Source: Candidatus Multivoradales bacterium (GTDB lineage Bacteria; Acidobacteriota; Thermoanaerobaculia; Multivoradales; J023). From it: DNA of 64,000 nt. A model generated the notes under the pieces. The model made no database searches, was not told the DNA's origin, and worked only from the letters and a program-made list of their open reading frames with translations. This document shows positions 28,432 to 39,300 of the stretch, in pieces (within the stretch, counting starts at the first letter, position 1; each line of letters opens with the position of its first letter). The position numbers and the translations under genes are program-made. Location: the NCBI GenBank assembly GCA_965248925.1, contig CBDFLE010000006.1:832001-896000 (forward strand), in the 5' to 3' direction.

Positions 28432-31400
28432 CGCCCACCCCCGCCGAGGGGCTGGCGCTCCAGCCACAGGTGGACGGTGGGCTCGACATCGCGCATCGAA
28501 GTCGGCGCCGCGAAGCGAGCCTCCTCAGGGCCGCGATCGGCCGCCGTCTCGTCGAGGACGGTGAAGAGCAGCGGCGGTCCGCCGGAACGGTCGAGATCAA
28601 AGGGGGAGTAGCGCCGGCCACCGGCGGCGCCGCGCGCCTGCTCCATCACCAGCTGCCAGCTGTCGAGCAGCGCCTTGCCGATCTGCTCCAAGTCCCCGGT
28701 CCGCTGGCGCAGCGCCGCCTGGTCGAGGGAGCGGTGGCGACTGGCCCGCTCCACCAGCACCGCCACCGCCGCTTCGCCGAGCTGGCGGTGATCTTCGAGC
28801 TTCGTAACCGCCGGCCCGGGGGTCATCAGCGGATCGAGATGCCTCACCAGGGCAACCAGCGCGCCGGCCAGGCCGCGCTCCAGCGCCGGGCCGGAGAAGG
28901 GGGTCAGGCTCGACGCCTCGACATTGCGGTAGAAGCTCTCGTGGTAGGCGGTGAAGTGCTCGTAGTGGGAGCGATCGCGGGGCCGGTAGACGTTGAAGCA
29001 AGTCACCACCAACCCCGGTCTATCCTCCGGTTGGCGGCCCACCCGGCTCGACGCCTGGATGTACTCCGCGGTGGTCTTGGGCTGGCCCGCCACCACCATC
29101 AGGCCGAGGCGGCTGATGTCCACCCCCACCGAGATCATATTCGAGGCCAGCAGCACATCGACGTGATCGCGCTCGGCGTGGCCCCGGTCGAGCCGCGCCT
29201 TGGCCTCGGCGATGCGGCCGGTCGCCTCGCGGCTGGTCAGCTCTACCGGCTCGGCGGCCAGCCGGCGATCGCGCCACCAGCACCGCGGATCGGCGCCCTC
29301 GGGATGGCGACCGGTCTGCCGCCGGCAGCGCGACACCACCTCGTCTTCCACCAGCCGGCGCATGCCGCCGAGCTCGCGCAAGCTATTGAAATAGCCCACC
29401 AGAGTCATGTAGGCGTCGGCGGTGCTGTCACCACCGCGCTCCTGCCACAGCCGCTGGGCGGCGGTCAGCAAGATCACGTAGGTGCGCAGCAGCAGAGCCT
29501 TCATCGGCCGCCCAGGCGCCGCCAGACCGATGTAGAGCCGGCCCGGACTCTGGCGATCGACGGTAGCGAAGAAGGTCTCGCCGTCGTCGATCCCCGGCGG
29601 CGGAAAGATCGCCGGCGGCGCGGTGCGGCCAAACAGCGCCCGCACCTGCTCGGTGGCCTGGCGGACGGTGGCGGTAGCGGCGATCACCTTCGGCAAATAG
29701 GAAGAGCCCTCGCCGTCGCTGCTCCGGCAGAGAGCCTCGACGACGGTCTCGTAAAGCCCCACCATGGTGCCCAGGGGACCCGAGATCAGGTGCAGCTCGT
29801 CTTGCACAATCAGCTCCGGCGGCCGCAGGCCCTCCGGTAGCTGTCGGGCGTCGCGGGGCGGCTGATCGAGGGGGCCGTAGAACAAGCGTCCGTGTCGCCA
29901 GCTGGCGCGGCCGAAGAGCAGACCGGTTTCGCCACGCCAAGGCAGCATCGCCAGCTTGTCGACCGTAGCCACCAGGAAGCAGGGCAGCTCGCGGTAGATC
30001 TGCTCGTCGACAAAGAGCACCGGCAGGCCCTCGGGGCTCTCGTCGACATGGAAGGGGCAGTCGTCGGCACCGCAGTGGACGTGTACCTCGGTGGGCTGCT
30101 GCTGCGGATGCACGCGCAAGCTGCCCGGTTCGAAAGGGGTCTTGCACCAGGGGCATTCACTGAGCGGGAAGGGCGAGCTGGCGGTGCGACCCCGGCTGTT
30201 CTTGTAGGCAGTGATCTGCCGCGCCACTTCCTTGATGGTGTTGGCCGTGGCGCTCCTGCCCACCCACAGGCCGATCGCAAAACGGGTCTGGCCGAGGCGC
30301 GCTGGCTGCTCGCGGCGCAGCAGCTCGAGGGCACAGATCAAGGTAGCGGCGCGGCCCAACTGATCGAGGGTTAGCAGGCGCAGGGTGTAGCGCAGCAAGA
30401 TGGCGACCCCATCGCCACCGTCGAGACGCCCAGTACCGCGCAGGCGGCGCAACAGCAGAGTGACGGCAATTACCCCCAGATAGGCTTCGGTCTTGCCACC
30501 ACCGGTGGGGAAATAGATCAGCTCCACCCGCTGGCGGTCGGGGTGGGCAGGGTCGGCGATCGAGGGCAGATTGAGCAGCAGGAAGGCGAGCTGGAAGAGG
30601 CGCCACTCAGGCACCATGCCGGGGCGGGCCGATCGCGCCTGCAGTGCCATCGCCCGGTTCATCCAGCCAAAGGCCAGGCGCGCCTCGGCATCGCCGGCCA
30701 GCAGCTCGATCCCCTGGCGAACACGCTGCGAGGCGCGCTGGGCGTCGGCCATCAGCTGATCACGGGTTCGGCGGCGGTTATCGCTGCCCGGATCGACTGT
30801 CGCCTGCTCGGCGATCCAGCTCTCGTAGGCCGCCGGCAGCGCTTCCAAGCCACGGCGCAAAGCCTCGGGATCGTCCAGCTCGGCGAGTTCCTCCATGCCG
30901 ATGGTCAGTCCCTGCACCTGGACCGACTGCACCCGCCGGACCTCAGCGCGGGGGATCCAGGTGGTGCGCACCCGCCGCACCGGCTGACCCGCTGGCACCT
31001 CCGGCACCGCCACCGCCACACCGTGGCCGACAGCGACCTCAGTGCAGTGGCGGAACTGCAAATCGGCGATCAACTCGTCGGCATCCTCGGCGCTCTCGCC
31101 GCGCCAATTGGGCCGCGGTACGAACCCGTCGCCACACTCCAGCTCGAGGCTGACCTGGAACATGTAGCGCTCGTCGGCACGCCCCTGCTCCCCTTTGCCG
31201 CGGCGGTTGACCACGAAGAGGGACAGGGCCCGCGTGCCGGCAGCCAGACCCGGCGCCGCGGCGACCTCCAGCCGCCCTTGCAACCAGACACCGGCCGCCT
31301 CGGGCAGCTCGATACCGCGCGCCAACTGCGGCCGATCGAGGGGCAGGTCGAGGCTCAGCGGCAGCCGCGGCTGGCGACGCCAGAAACGCCGCTGGCGGCT

Positions 31401-31805
31401 CTCGCCGGTGGTCGGGTCCGAGTCCTCATGGTCTTCAGCCAAGTAGTCGGCCCAGCGCAAGGTGACGCGGACTTGGTCGTCACTCCCCTCCTGCCTCGCC
31501 GGCAGCAGCACCGACAAGCCGAGCGAAGCCGGCAGCAGATGACGCCGCTTCGGCCCGGCGTCGTCACTGCCAGCGTCCTCGTCGTCCAGGTCCGAGCCGG
31601 CGGCAGCGCCATCATCCAGCGGCTCGTTCTCGACCTCCCGCGCTTCCATCGGCGCCAGAAAACCGGTCAAATACCAGCGCGATGGCGGCAGGGGCAGCAG
31701 CTCGTCGCAGCGGTCGGGGCCGGTGGGGAGGTCGTAGGGACCGATCAGGTCGGCTTCGAGGGCGCGGACCAAGTACTCGCGGCTTTGAGTCAAATCGTTC
31801 GGCAT
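28428..31805 (-). CDS. drmA: DISARM helicase DrmA
   Basis: FPTGGGKTEAYLG, RYTLRLLT, QDELHLISGPLG, ATAT, SNMISVGVDISRLG, YIQASSRVGR. Confidence 0.92.
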   Translation of the reverse strand: MPNDLTQSREYLVRALEADLIGPYDLPTGPDRCDELLPLPPSRWYLTGFLAPMEAREVENEPLDDGAAAGSDLDDEDAGSDDAGPKRRHLLPASLGLSVLLPARQEGSDDQVRVTLRWADYLAEDHEDSDPTTGESRQRRFWRRQPRLPLSLDLPLDRPQLARGIELPEAAGVWLQGRLEVAAAPGLAAGTRALSLFVVNRRGKGEQGRADERYMFQVSLELECGDGFVPRPNWRGESAEDADELIADLQFRHCTEVAVGHGVAVAVPEVPAGQPVRRVRTTWIPRAEVRRVQSVQVQGLTIGMEELAELDDPEALRRGLEALPAAYESWIAEQATVDPGSDNRRRTRDQLMADAQRASQRVRQGIELLAGDAEARLAFGWMNRAMALQARSARPGMVPEWRLFQLAFLLLNLPSIADPAHPDRQRVELIYFPTGGGKTEAYLGVIAVTLLLRRLRGTGRLDGGDGVAILLRYTLRLLTLDQLGRAATLICALELLRREQPARLGQTRFAIGLWVGRSATANTIKEVARQITAYKNSRGRTASSPFPLSECPWCKTPFEPGSLRVHPQQQPTEVHVHCGADDCPFHVDESPEGLPVLFVDEQIYRELPCFLVATVDKLAMLPWRGETGLLFGRASWRHGRLFYGPLDQPPRDARQLPEGLRPPELIVQDELHLISGPLGTMVGLYETVVEALCRSSDGEGSSYLPKVIAATATVRQATEQVRALFGRTAPPAIFPPPGIDDGETFFATVDRQSPGRLYIGLAAPGRPMKALLLRTYVILLTAAQRLWQERGGDSTADAYMTLVGYFNSLRELGGMRRLVEDEVVSRCRRQTGRHPEGADPRCWWRDRRLAAEPVELTSREATGRIAEAKARLDRGHAERDHVDVLLASNMISVGVDISRLGLMVVAGQPKTTAEYIQASSRVGRQPEDRPGLVVTCFNVYRPRDRSHYEHFTAYHESFYRNVEASSLTPFSGPALERGLAGALVALVRHLDPLMTPGPAVTKLEDHRQLGEAAVAVLVERASRHRSLDQAALRQRTGDLEQIGKALLDSWQLVMEQARGAAGGRRYSPFDLDRSGGPPLLFTVLDETAADRGPEEARFAAPTSMRDVEPTVHLWLERQPLGGGGR

Positions 31806-31880
31806 AATCTTCTGCGGTCAACTGAGTCTTTTACACTCTTTTGCGAGGCAGCAAGGCAGGAGTCCCTCGGGCTTCTCACA

Positions 31881-32132
31881 TCACTCGAGGCCGAGCTGCA
31901 ATTTGGCTACCTTGTGGGAGATGTGCAACCCTTTCTTGGCTTCACGGCGAGCCGCTGCAAGGCCTCCGTCAAAGTCGTCGTCATCAGACTCGTCATCGGC
32001 CGGAGCCGACCGCAGCGCGCGGAGAACCGGGTCCGCGGTAGTCCGCAGAGCCTCCAGGACACGCTGCACCTCCGGCATTTTGTCCTCCGGCAGATCGTCG
32101 ACGACTCGATGAATCGCTTCTCGTGCGGTCAT
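31881..32132 (-). CDS. Small antitoxin-like protein (83 aa) inside DISARM
   Basis: Close paralog of 18185-18436, same length. Confidence 0.55.
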   Translation of the reverse strand: MTAREAIHRVVDDLPEDKMPEVQRVLEALRTTADPVLRALRSAPADDESDDDDFDGGLAAARREAKKGLHISHKVAKLQLGLE

Positions 32133-32304
32133 ACTGGGTCTAGTCTACAACGTGAACACCCTCAGCTATGGGGGTGCGTTCGCTGGCGCCGGATTGCGAC
32201 GGCCTCGGCCATTCGCCAGCGGGACATCATCGCTGAGTCATCGCACCCACCCCCGGCGGGTGCAACCAGTCCAGCTTCGGCTCCTGAAGTACTGACTTGT
32301 CTGC

Positions 32305-35300
32305 CTAGAACAACCCCCCCTGCCCTGCATGCCCCTTCCCCCTCCCTTTCGCCACTGCTTTCTTCCCCCTACCCTTCTCCGCCGCCAGTCCGAGGCGCTT
32401 CTCTTCGGCTGCGCGGTCGGCGTTGAGCTGGAAAAGGCGGTCGATGATGTCGTCCTTGAAGGCTTCGAGGGCGCGGTGCTCGGCCGCAGTTTCGGGGGTG
32501 GTGAAGGGAGGTACGTCGATCTCGCCCCAGCCGTAGGCGGCGAGCACGGCACGGTCCATCTCGAGGTGTAGCTGGCGTAGCTCGGTGATGCGGGGGTCGG
32601 CTTCGCGGGGGTCTTTGAGGCGGTTGTAACATTGGGTGAGGCCCTGGCTGGTGTCTACCAGGTAGGTGGCGCGGGCCTGGTAGAGGCGCTGGCCGATGTC
32701 TTCCAGCTCGGGGATCTCGGCGCGCGGGTCGGGTTTTGGGAAGGGGAAGGTTTCGAAGCAGTCAGAGGCAGCGTATCTCAGGTCGGTTTTCATCGATGAG
32801 GATAGTAACCTGGCCCAGGCCTCATGGGGGCGAGATTGTAGAACCGCGAAAGCAGCAGAGCTTTCTAATGCGAACACATTCAGGGCTTCTGAAAAAACTC
32901 GATCAGTCGGCTGCGTCGAGAAAATTAAGTGTTTTGAGTGTCGCGAACTAACCAAGCAGAGACGCTGGCTCTTTATAGCAGAATAAAGCTCTCTACGAGA
33001 ACGCCAGTGATGCCACCAAGGCCAAGCTGCCATAGCTTTGGTCTTTCGAGCCCTTTCTGGTTTAACCCGCTCACCAAGAATTTCAAGGAGGTCAGGCCAG
33101 GTGCTGGCTTCGTCGAGACTCATCTCGCCGAAACTAATCACATACCGACGATGTGTTTGCCTTGGTCGTGTGTTTACCTCTTCGCCGCCGAGATAAGGAA
33201 AAATCCTGTCCTCATTTCTTGGGTCGCGGCCGATGAACTCTTGACGTTCATCTGGTTTCAACGTGAAGCCCATTCCTAAGACAATGGAGCCCTGGAAGCA
33301 TAAGTCTCGGTTTTGCCAGAGTTTCCTGGGGTCAGGCCGCTCAACTTTAGGGCGTAGTCGGGAGTTGATTGCCTTCACGTCGATGCCATCGAGCCGACTT
33401 GGCCCGAGGGTTTGGGCCGGACTTCCTTTGGCCAGATGCACGACCGAAACGATCACTGCAGCGGATCCGGGCCATGGCTGTGTGCGAGTGGCATCATAGA
33501 TCCTGAGTCCTTCCCTAGCGACCAACGGTTGCAGACCACTGGCCCGTGTATCACCTTGAGCAACAGTGTTCGTCGCAATGAGGCCGATCGTTCCGTGGGC
33601 CCCAAGTAGGGTATTGGCGCGCAGAAAGAAATGAGCAACTAGGTCTCCATTCTTGCCGGCTTGGTGCAACATATCGAGCCAATCACTGAATTCCGCTCCG
33701 TGATTGGTTGAGATCATCTTCCCACCCAAGAACGGCGGATTGCCGACGAAGCCATCGATGAAGGCGGCGTGGTTCACCCGGTCGCCATCCAGCGGATCGG
33801 GCCGGTCGGCGTAGAAGACTTCGGGGAATTCGAGCATCCAGTGGAAGACCGGCAGCCGCTGGCGGATCTGCGCTTGCATCTGCCGCAGCTCCTCGGGAGG
33901 GCGGCCGGTGTCGCCGCGCAACCATTCGTCGACCTGAACCAGGCGCTCGCCGAGCTCGCGCAGGCGGTCTTTCTTCTTGCCGTGGGCGAAGAAGGCTCCC
34001 ACCACCAAGTCGCCGATCAGCCGGGCGTGGGCCAGGGCGTCGTTGGCGTCGCGCAGCAGGCGGACTTTCTCGTGCTGCGCCGACTCGCCCTCGCCGGCCA
34101 AGTCGAGGATCTGCTGGCGCAGGGAGATGGCCTCGTCGAGGGCCTGCTCGAGGGCCTGTGAGGCCAGGGTCTGCTGCCCCTCCGGCTGCCAGTGGAAGCC
34201 GCGCAGCTGCTCGAAGTCGAGGCCGACCAGCGAGTCGCCCCAACGCAAGGCATGGTCGAGGAAGGTGAAGGGCAGGTCGCGGGCCAGGGTCTCGAGCCAT
34301 AGGGAGAGCTTGGCCAAGTCGACCGCGAAGCGGTTCTTGTCGACCCCGTAGAGGCAGCGCTGGGCCACCAGCCGGCGGGCGTGATTGAAGACGTCCCCGT
34401 GCGCCGCGGCGATCAGCTCCACCCTCCCCTCGCGAGTCCAGGCCGCCACTACCCTCTCGGCCAGCCAACGGCAAGTCTCGACCAGGAAGGCCCCCGAACC
34501 CATCGCCGGATCGCAGATCTTCAGCTGCAGCAGATGCTCGGCGGAAGGCTCTTCGCCGAGGGCCGCCACCAGTGGCTCCAATGTGCGGGCGACAATCGGC
34601 GCCGACAAGGAACGCGGGGTGTAGTGGCTGGAGGTGCGGCGGCGCTCGGGACCGGGTTGCAAGACCAGGCGGCCGGCCGGGGCGGGGGTGGTGCCCTTGA
34701 GGGCGAAGGCCCGGAGCCCGGCCAGCAGCTCGGCCGGGTCGGCGGCCTTCGACAACGCCTTGGCCAGCTTGTTGGCCGCCGCCCGCAACAACCCGGCCTG
34801 CTCTTGCAGCCAGGCGGCACGGCGCGGTGGCGGCACCTCGAAGAGGGCCGCCGACTCGACCCAGAAACGGCTCGGTCGCACGCACACCGCCGACGAATAG
34901 ACCCGCTCTACCCGGTAACCCATCAACGCCTCGTAAACACTACCGATCTGCTCGACATCGAGACTGCGATAGCTCAGTCGCTGGCCCTCGAAGATCACCA
35001 GCCGGCGCAGCAGCTGGAAGATGGCATGGTCGTCCACCGAAGGCACCCGCACCGCCGCCCGCTTCTCGACCACCTTGACCGGTGCCGAGCCACCCCGCGG
35101 CCAGCCCTCGAGGAAGGGGTAGGTGTTGGGGTCGAAGAGGTCGCCGCCGCGGGGCGGCATGCGGAAGTCACCGTGCTCGGCCCCCAACCAGACCATCCGA
35201 AAAAGAGCCAGCAAGCGATCCCAGGCGCCGAAGCGGCGATCCATCGAGTCGGGGTATTCGCCGGCATCGCGCTGCAGCTGTTCGAACAGGCCGAGCACCG

Positions 35301-36285
35301 AGTAGTGATTCTGGTAGACCGTGTGCTCCACCGGCACCAGGCTGCGATCTTCGGCGTAGAGCAGGAAGACCAGCCGCAGCAGCACGGTCAGCAGGCCGCC
35401 GTAGAGATGCTCGTCGTCGAGCCGCAGGGCGTCTTGCAGGCCATCGCTACCGTCGCGCTCGGCAGCGGCCTCGAAGCCGCTCAAGAGGGTCGCCAGGGCC
35501 TCGAAGACCTGCGCCGCCAGCGCCTCGGTGACGTTGGCCTGGCGCCGCCGGCTAGCGGCCAAAAGCGCCGGCAGCCGCGCCTCGGGGGGCCGGGTGCGGA
35601 AGCTCGGCCGGCCGAGCAACATCAACAGGGCGTCGAGGATCGGCCGGCCGCCGGTGGTGGCCATGTCGGCCACCTTGAAGGTCAGCCAGCCGCTCGACTC
35701 ACCGTGGGGGGCGTAGATCAGGCGCAGAGCCTGGCCATTGCAAAGCAGGCCGATCGGCACCTGGCAGTGGCGCAGCAGGCGGTCGAGCTTGGCGGTGGGC
35801 GGATACCGCCAACTGCCGCCGGCGTCGGGGCGGTCGAAGTCGAGACCGTCGGGCAGGCGCTGGATCAGCAGCTCGTAGCCCGCCCCGGCGCGTTCCGACG
35901 CCGACGCCTGCTCGCTGAGCTCGCGGGGCTGCTTGCAGCGCAGGGCGAGGGTCGGCGCGAGGCGCTCGCGGCCCTCGGGCACCCACAGGGAGAGGGCCTC
36001 GGGCAAGGCGTCGTCGCGGTCGAAGTCGGCGGCCTCAAAGGCCAGCAACTCGGCATCCAAGAGCAGGCCATCGAGCTCGATCCTCAGGCTCTCTGTGGCA
36101 GCTGGATCGCTGGTGGACGGCGAGGCGAGGGGGCGGCAGTGGGCGCGCAGCCGGTCGCGGATCGCCAGCGGTCGGCGCTCCAGGCATTGGGCCTCCTCCA
36201 GCACCGGAATCGACACCACCAACCCCTCGCTGGGCTGCACCATGCCCAGCCACTGCTGGTGAAATTCTTGAGCGGTGTCGCGCAT
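32305..36285 (-). CDS. drmMI: DISARM class I adenine methyltransferase DrmMI
   Basis: LGSVYE-like IGSVYEALM, HYTPRSL, ICDPAMGSGAFL, VGNPPF; ATG at 36285 after drmD. Confidence 0.88.
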   Translation of the reverse strand: MRDTAQEFHQQWLGMVQPSEGLVVSIPVLEEAQCLERRPLAIRDRLRAHCRPLASPSTSDPAATESLRIELDGLLLDAELLAFEAADFDRDDALPEALSLWVPEGRERLAPTLALRCKQPRELSEQASASERAGAGYELLIQRLPDGLDFDRPDAGGSWRYPPTAKLDRLLRHCQVPIGLLCNGQALRLIYAPHGESSGWLTFKVADMATTGGRPILDALLMLLGRPSFRTRPPEARLPALLAASRRRQANVTEALAAQVFEALATLLSGFEAAAERDGSDGLQDALRLDDEHLYGGLLTVLLRLVFLLYAEDRSLVPVEHTVYQNHYSVLGLFEQLQRDAGEYPDSMDRRFGAWDRLLALFRMVWLGAEHGDFRMPPRGGDLFDPNTYPFLEGWPRGGSAPVKVVEKRAAVRVPSVDDHAIFQLLRRLVIFEGQRLSYRSLDVEQIGSVYEALMGYRVERVYSSAVCVRPSRFWVESAALFEVPPPRRAAWLQEQAGLLRAAANKLAKALSKAADPAELLAGLRAFALKGTTPAPAGRLVLQPGPERRRTSSHYTPRSLSAPIVARTLEPLVAALGEEPSAEHLLQLKICDPAMGSGAFLVETCRWLAERVVAAWTREGRVELIAAAHGDVFNHARRLVAQRCLYGVDKNRFAVDLAKLSLWLETLARDLPFTFLDHALRWGDSLVGLDFEQLRGFHWQPEGQQTLASQALEQALDEAISLRQQILDLAGEGESAQHEKVRLLRDANDALAHARLIGDLVVGAFFAHGKKKDRLRELGERLVQVDEWLRGDTGRPPEELRQMQAQIRQRLPVFHWMLEFPEVFYADRPDPLDGDRVNHAAFIDGFVGNPPFLGGKMISTNHGAEFSDWLDMLHQAGKNGDLVAHFFLRANTLLGAHGTIGLIATNTVAQGDTRASGLQPLVAREGLRIYDATRTQPWPGSAAVIVSVVHLAKGSPAQTLGPSRLDGIDVKAINSRLRPKVERPDPRKLWQNRDLCFQGSIVLGMGFTLKPDERQEFIGRDPRNEDRIFPYLGGEEVNTRPRQTHRRYVISFGEMSLDEASTWPDLLEILGERVKPERARKTKAMAAWPWWHHWRSRRELYSAIKSQRLCLVSSRHSKHLIFSTQPTDRVFSEALNVFALESSAAFAVLQSRPHEAWARLLSSSMKTDLRYAASDCFETFPFPKPDPRAEIPELEDIGQRLYQARATYLVDTSQGLTQCYNRLKDPREADPRITELRQLHLEMDRAVLAAYGWGEIDVPPFTTPETAAEHRALEAFKDDIIDRLFQLNADRAAEEKRLGLAAEKGRGKKAVAKGRGKGHAGQGGLF

Positions 36286-36308
36286 TCGTCTAGCTTCCCT
36301 CGGCCGGC

Positions 36309-39300
36309 TCAGCGCGAAGCCGGCCAGAGATAGATCAGCCCCACCGGCTCGAGGCGCGGCTTGAGCACCCGGTAGAGATCTTCCAACTCGGCCGGCTCGT
36401 CGGCAATTTCGCGGTCGATTCGCTGCAGGCGCTCGGCCATGTGCTGGCGGTCGTTCTGCCACTGCCGGCGCTGGGCACGCTCGGCATCGGTGAACTCGAA
36501 GGCCAGCTGCACCTGGAGCTCTTTCTCGATCGCCCGGCGCTGATCCTGGAGCAGCTGGCGCAGCTCGGCAGCCTCTTTCTTGCCGCGGGCGGCAAGCTGG
36601 CCCTCGGCACGGTGGGCCAGGCTATCGGCCTCTTCGCGCAGCCGCGGCCAAAGGGCCGCGAAAGTGCCGGCGGCCCGATCGAGCAAGCGGTGGCGGACCC
36701 GCTCGGGCAGCTGATCGAGGCTCGGGCGCTCTTCGAGCAGCCGCCACAGACGCTCGACCAGGCGGCGCTCGGCGGTCTCCTCGAGCAGCTCGGGGGCGGC
36801 TTCCTCGGCGGCCGTGCCGGCGAGCACCGCCGCCACCTGGATCAGCTGATCGTGCAGCCGGCTGGCACGGCGGCCGAAGAGAGTCAGCCGAGCACAGGCC
36901 ACCACATGCAGCCGAGCGTCTTGCGGATCGAGCAAGGCGGTGACCCGCGACAGGTCGCCAGAGCCAAAGCCCTGGGCCAGAAAGCGTGACAGCAGGCGCC
37001 TGGCCAGAGGATGCTCGAGATGCATGTGGACCCGGTCGTCGCGGAGCCGGGAGGGGGCCTCGAAAACCAGCGGCAAGGGAGCCTGCTGGCGATGCTCCCA
37101 CTGCGGCTGGCCGCGCTCGCGGGGTGGTCGCAGAGTATCGACGGTGGCTTGCCAGGATTCGGGCAGCTCGGGCAGCAGATAGCTACCGTCGCCGGCCGGC
37201 CGCAGGGGCTCGGCGCCGGCCAGGTCGAGGGCCTCGTCGAGGACCCGGCGGAGCAGCTCGGGACGGAAGCCAGTGGTCTCGCGGGAGCGGTTGAGGATCT
37301 TCCCGGCGCCGTCGATCTGGCGCTCCAGGCGGCGCAGCTGGCGCTGACTCTCGAGCTCGTCGAGCACCACCTGGCGGCGGCCGGCGGCGGCCTCGGCCTC
37401 TTCCAGTCGCTCGGCGGTGTGCGCATCGATACCGTCGGCCAGAGTGCTCTCGATCTGGTCGAGGATCACCGTGCCCAGCGAGCCCATCTCCTGCTGGATC
37501 ACCTCGACCTTGCGCACCAGGGTGTCGAGCAGCCGATCTTCCGGCCGCTGGGGGTAGACGAAGTAGTGGCAGTAAACATCCTCGGCCGGTTGCAGGGTGC
37601 GGTCGATGCGGCCGTTGCGCTGCTCCAGCCGGGCCGGGTTCCAGGGCACGTCGTAGTGGAAGAGGTGGGCGCAGTAGCCCTGTAGATTGACCCCTTCGCG
37701 GGCGGCATCGGTGGCCAGCAAAACCCGCACCGGGTAGTCGCCGGGGGGACCGTTGAAAGCCCGTTGCAGGGCTTCGCGATGGCTATCGTCCATACCGCCG
37801 CGAAAGATCGCCAGCCGCTCAGAGCCCCGCTCGCTACCCTCGAAGGCGGTGCTCAGCAAGCGCTGGAGGAAACCCAGAGTGGCGGCGAATTCGGTGAAGA
37901 CGATCAGCCGGCGATCAGCCCAGCGCCGATCCGGTGCAGCGGCGTCCTCGGCTACACCGCCGAAGCTCGCCGCCGGGCAGAGATGCTGCTGGATGAAGCG
38001 CAGCAGCTCGCGCGCCTTGGCATCGGGGGTCGAACGATAGCGCTCGGCCAAGACGACCATCTCATCGAGCTGCCGGCGCGCTTCGGTCGAGGTCGAGAGA
38101 TGACGGGCGGCACCGGCGGCACGGAGGTCGAGCTGACGTTCGATCTCCTCCTCGTCCTGGCCGTAGGTGCCGCTGTCGACCTCGGCGGGGTCCTCGGCCA
38201 GGGCACTATCGAGGTCGAGCTGGTGGGTCGCAGCCTCGCTCTGGGCGATCCGCGCGACATGTTCGGCGTGCAGGCGCAGGGTGCGGCTGAAGGCCTCGAC
38301 GCTCGACAGCAACCGCTGCTGCAAGCGGATCAAGGCGATGCGGCCGGCTCGCCGACTCGGCTTTGCCAGCTCGGCATAGGTCTGTAGGCGCCGGGCCAGG
38401 TCGATCTCAAAGGGCTCACCGTTGCCCAGCGGATGACGGGTCGGCGGCTGATCGGCCAGCAGCGAATCGAAAGCCAGCGAATGCCAGCCGCCATCCTGGT
38501 GGTGGAGCTCCAGGCGCAGCACATGACGAAGCGGCAGCTGGCTACCGCCGAGCTTCTTCAAGTCGCTCTTCAGCCGCCGCACCATCACCTTGTCGCGCTG
38601 CTCGGCGGTCACCGGCACACCGCGGGTGAAGCGCTGGGGATCGAGCAGCTCGAGCAGCGCTGAGAAGCTGTTCGAGTGGCCATTGTGCGGCGTCGCCGAA
38701 AGGAAAAGACGGTTCTCGAAACGGGGTGCGACATCGCGAATCACCCGGGTGATGCCGGAATCGACAGCGTAGCGGGTGGCGGTGGCGGGCGCGGCGACAT
38801 GCGCCTCATCGAGGATCAACAAGCTCTTGCGGGCCCGCTCACCGAGGTGAGCCAGCAGCGGATCACGGTACTCGGGCCGGCGCAGCAGCTGGTGGGAGAT
38901 GATGAAGCGTGAGTGGGTGGCCCAGGGAATCACCCCGAAGCCGCGCTCCTGCCGGCGGCGGGCGACCAGCTCACGGTTCATGATCTCGAAGTAAAGTCCG
39001 AAACGGCGCCACAGCTCATCGCGCCACTGCAAACAGATAGACGCCGGACAGATCACCAGCACGAAATCCACCCGCTGGCGCAGCCGCAGCTCTTGCAGTA
39101 CCAAGCCGGCCTCGATGGTCTTGCCGAGACCGACGTCGTCGGCGATGAAGAGATTGGCCCGCGGCAGCCTGAGAGCCCGTTCGAGCGGCACCAGCTGGTG
39201 ATTCATCAGCTTGATGCCGGCGCGAAACGGAGCCTGGAACAGCCGTGCCTCGGTGGCGGTGACGCTGTGCCAGCGCAAGGCGGCGAGGTAGGCGCCAAAT

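Noticed and set aside
32305-36462. ORF-track start of drmMI at 36462
   Set aside because: It overlaps drmD by ~150 nt with low-complexity sequence; ATG 36285 fits better.
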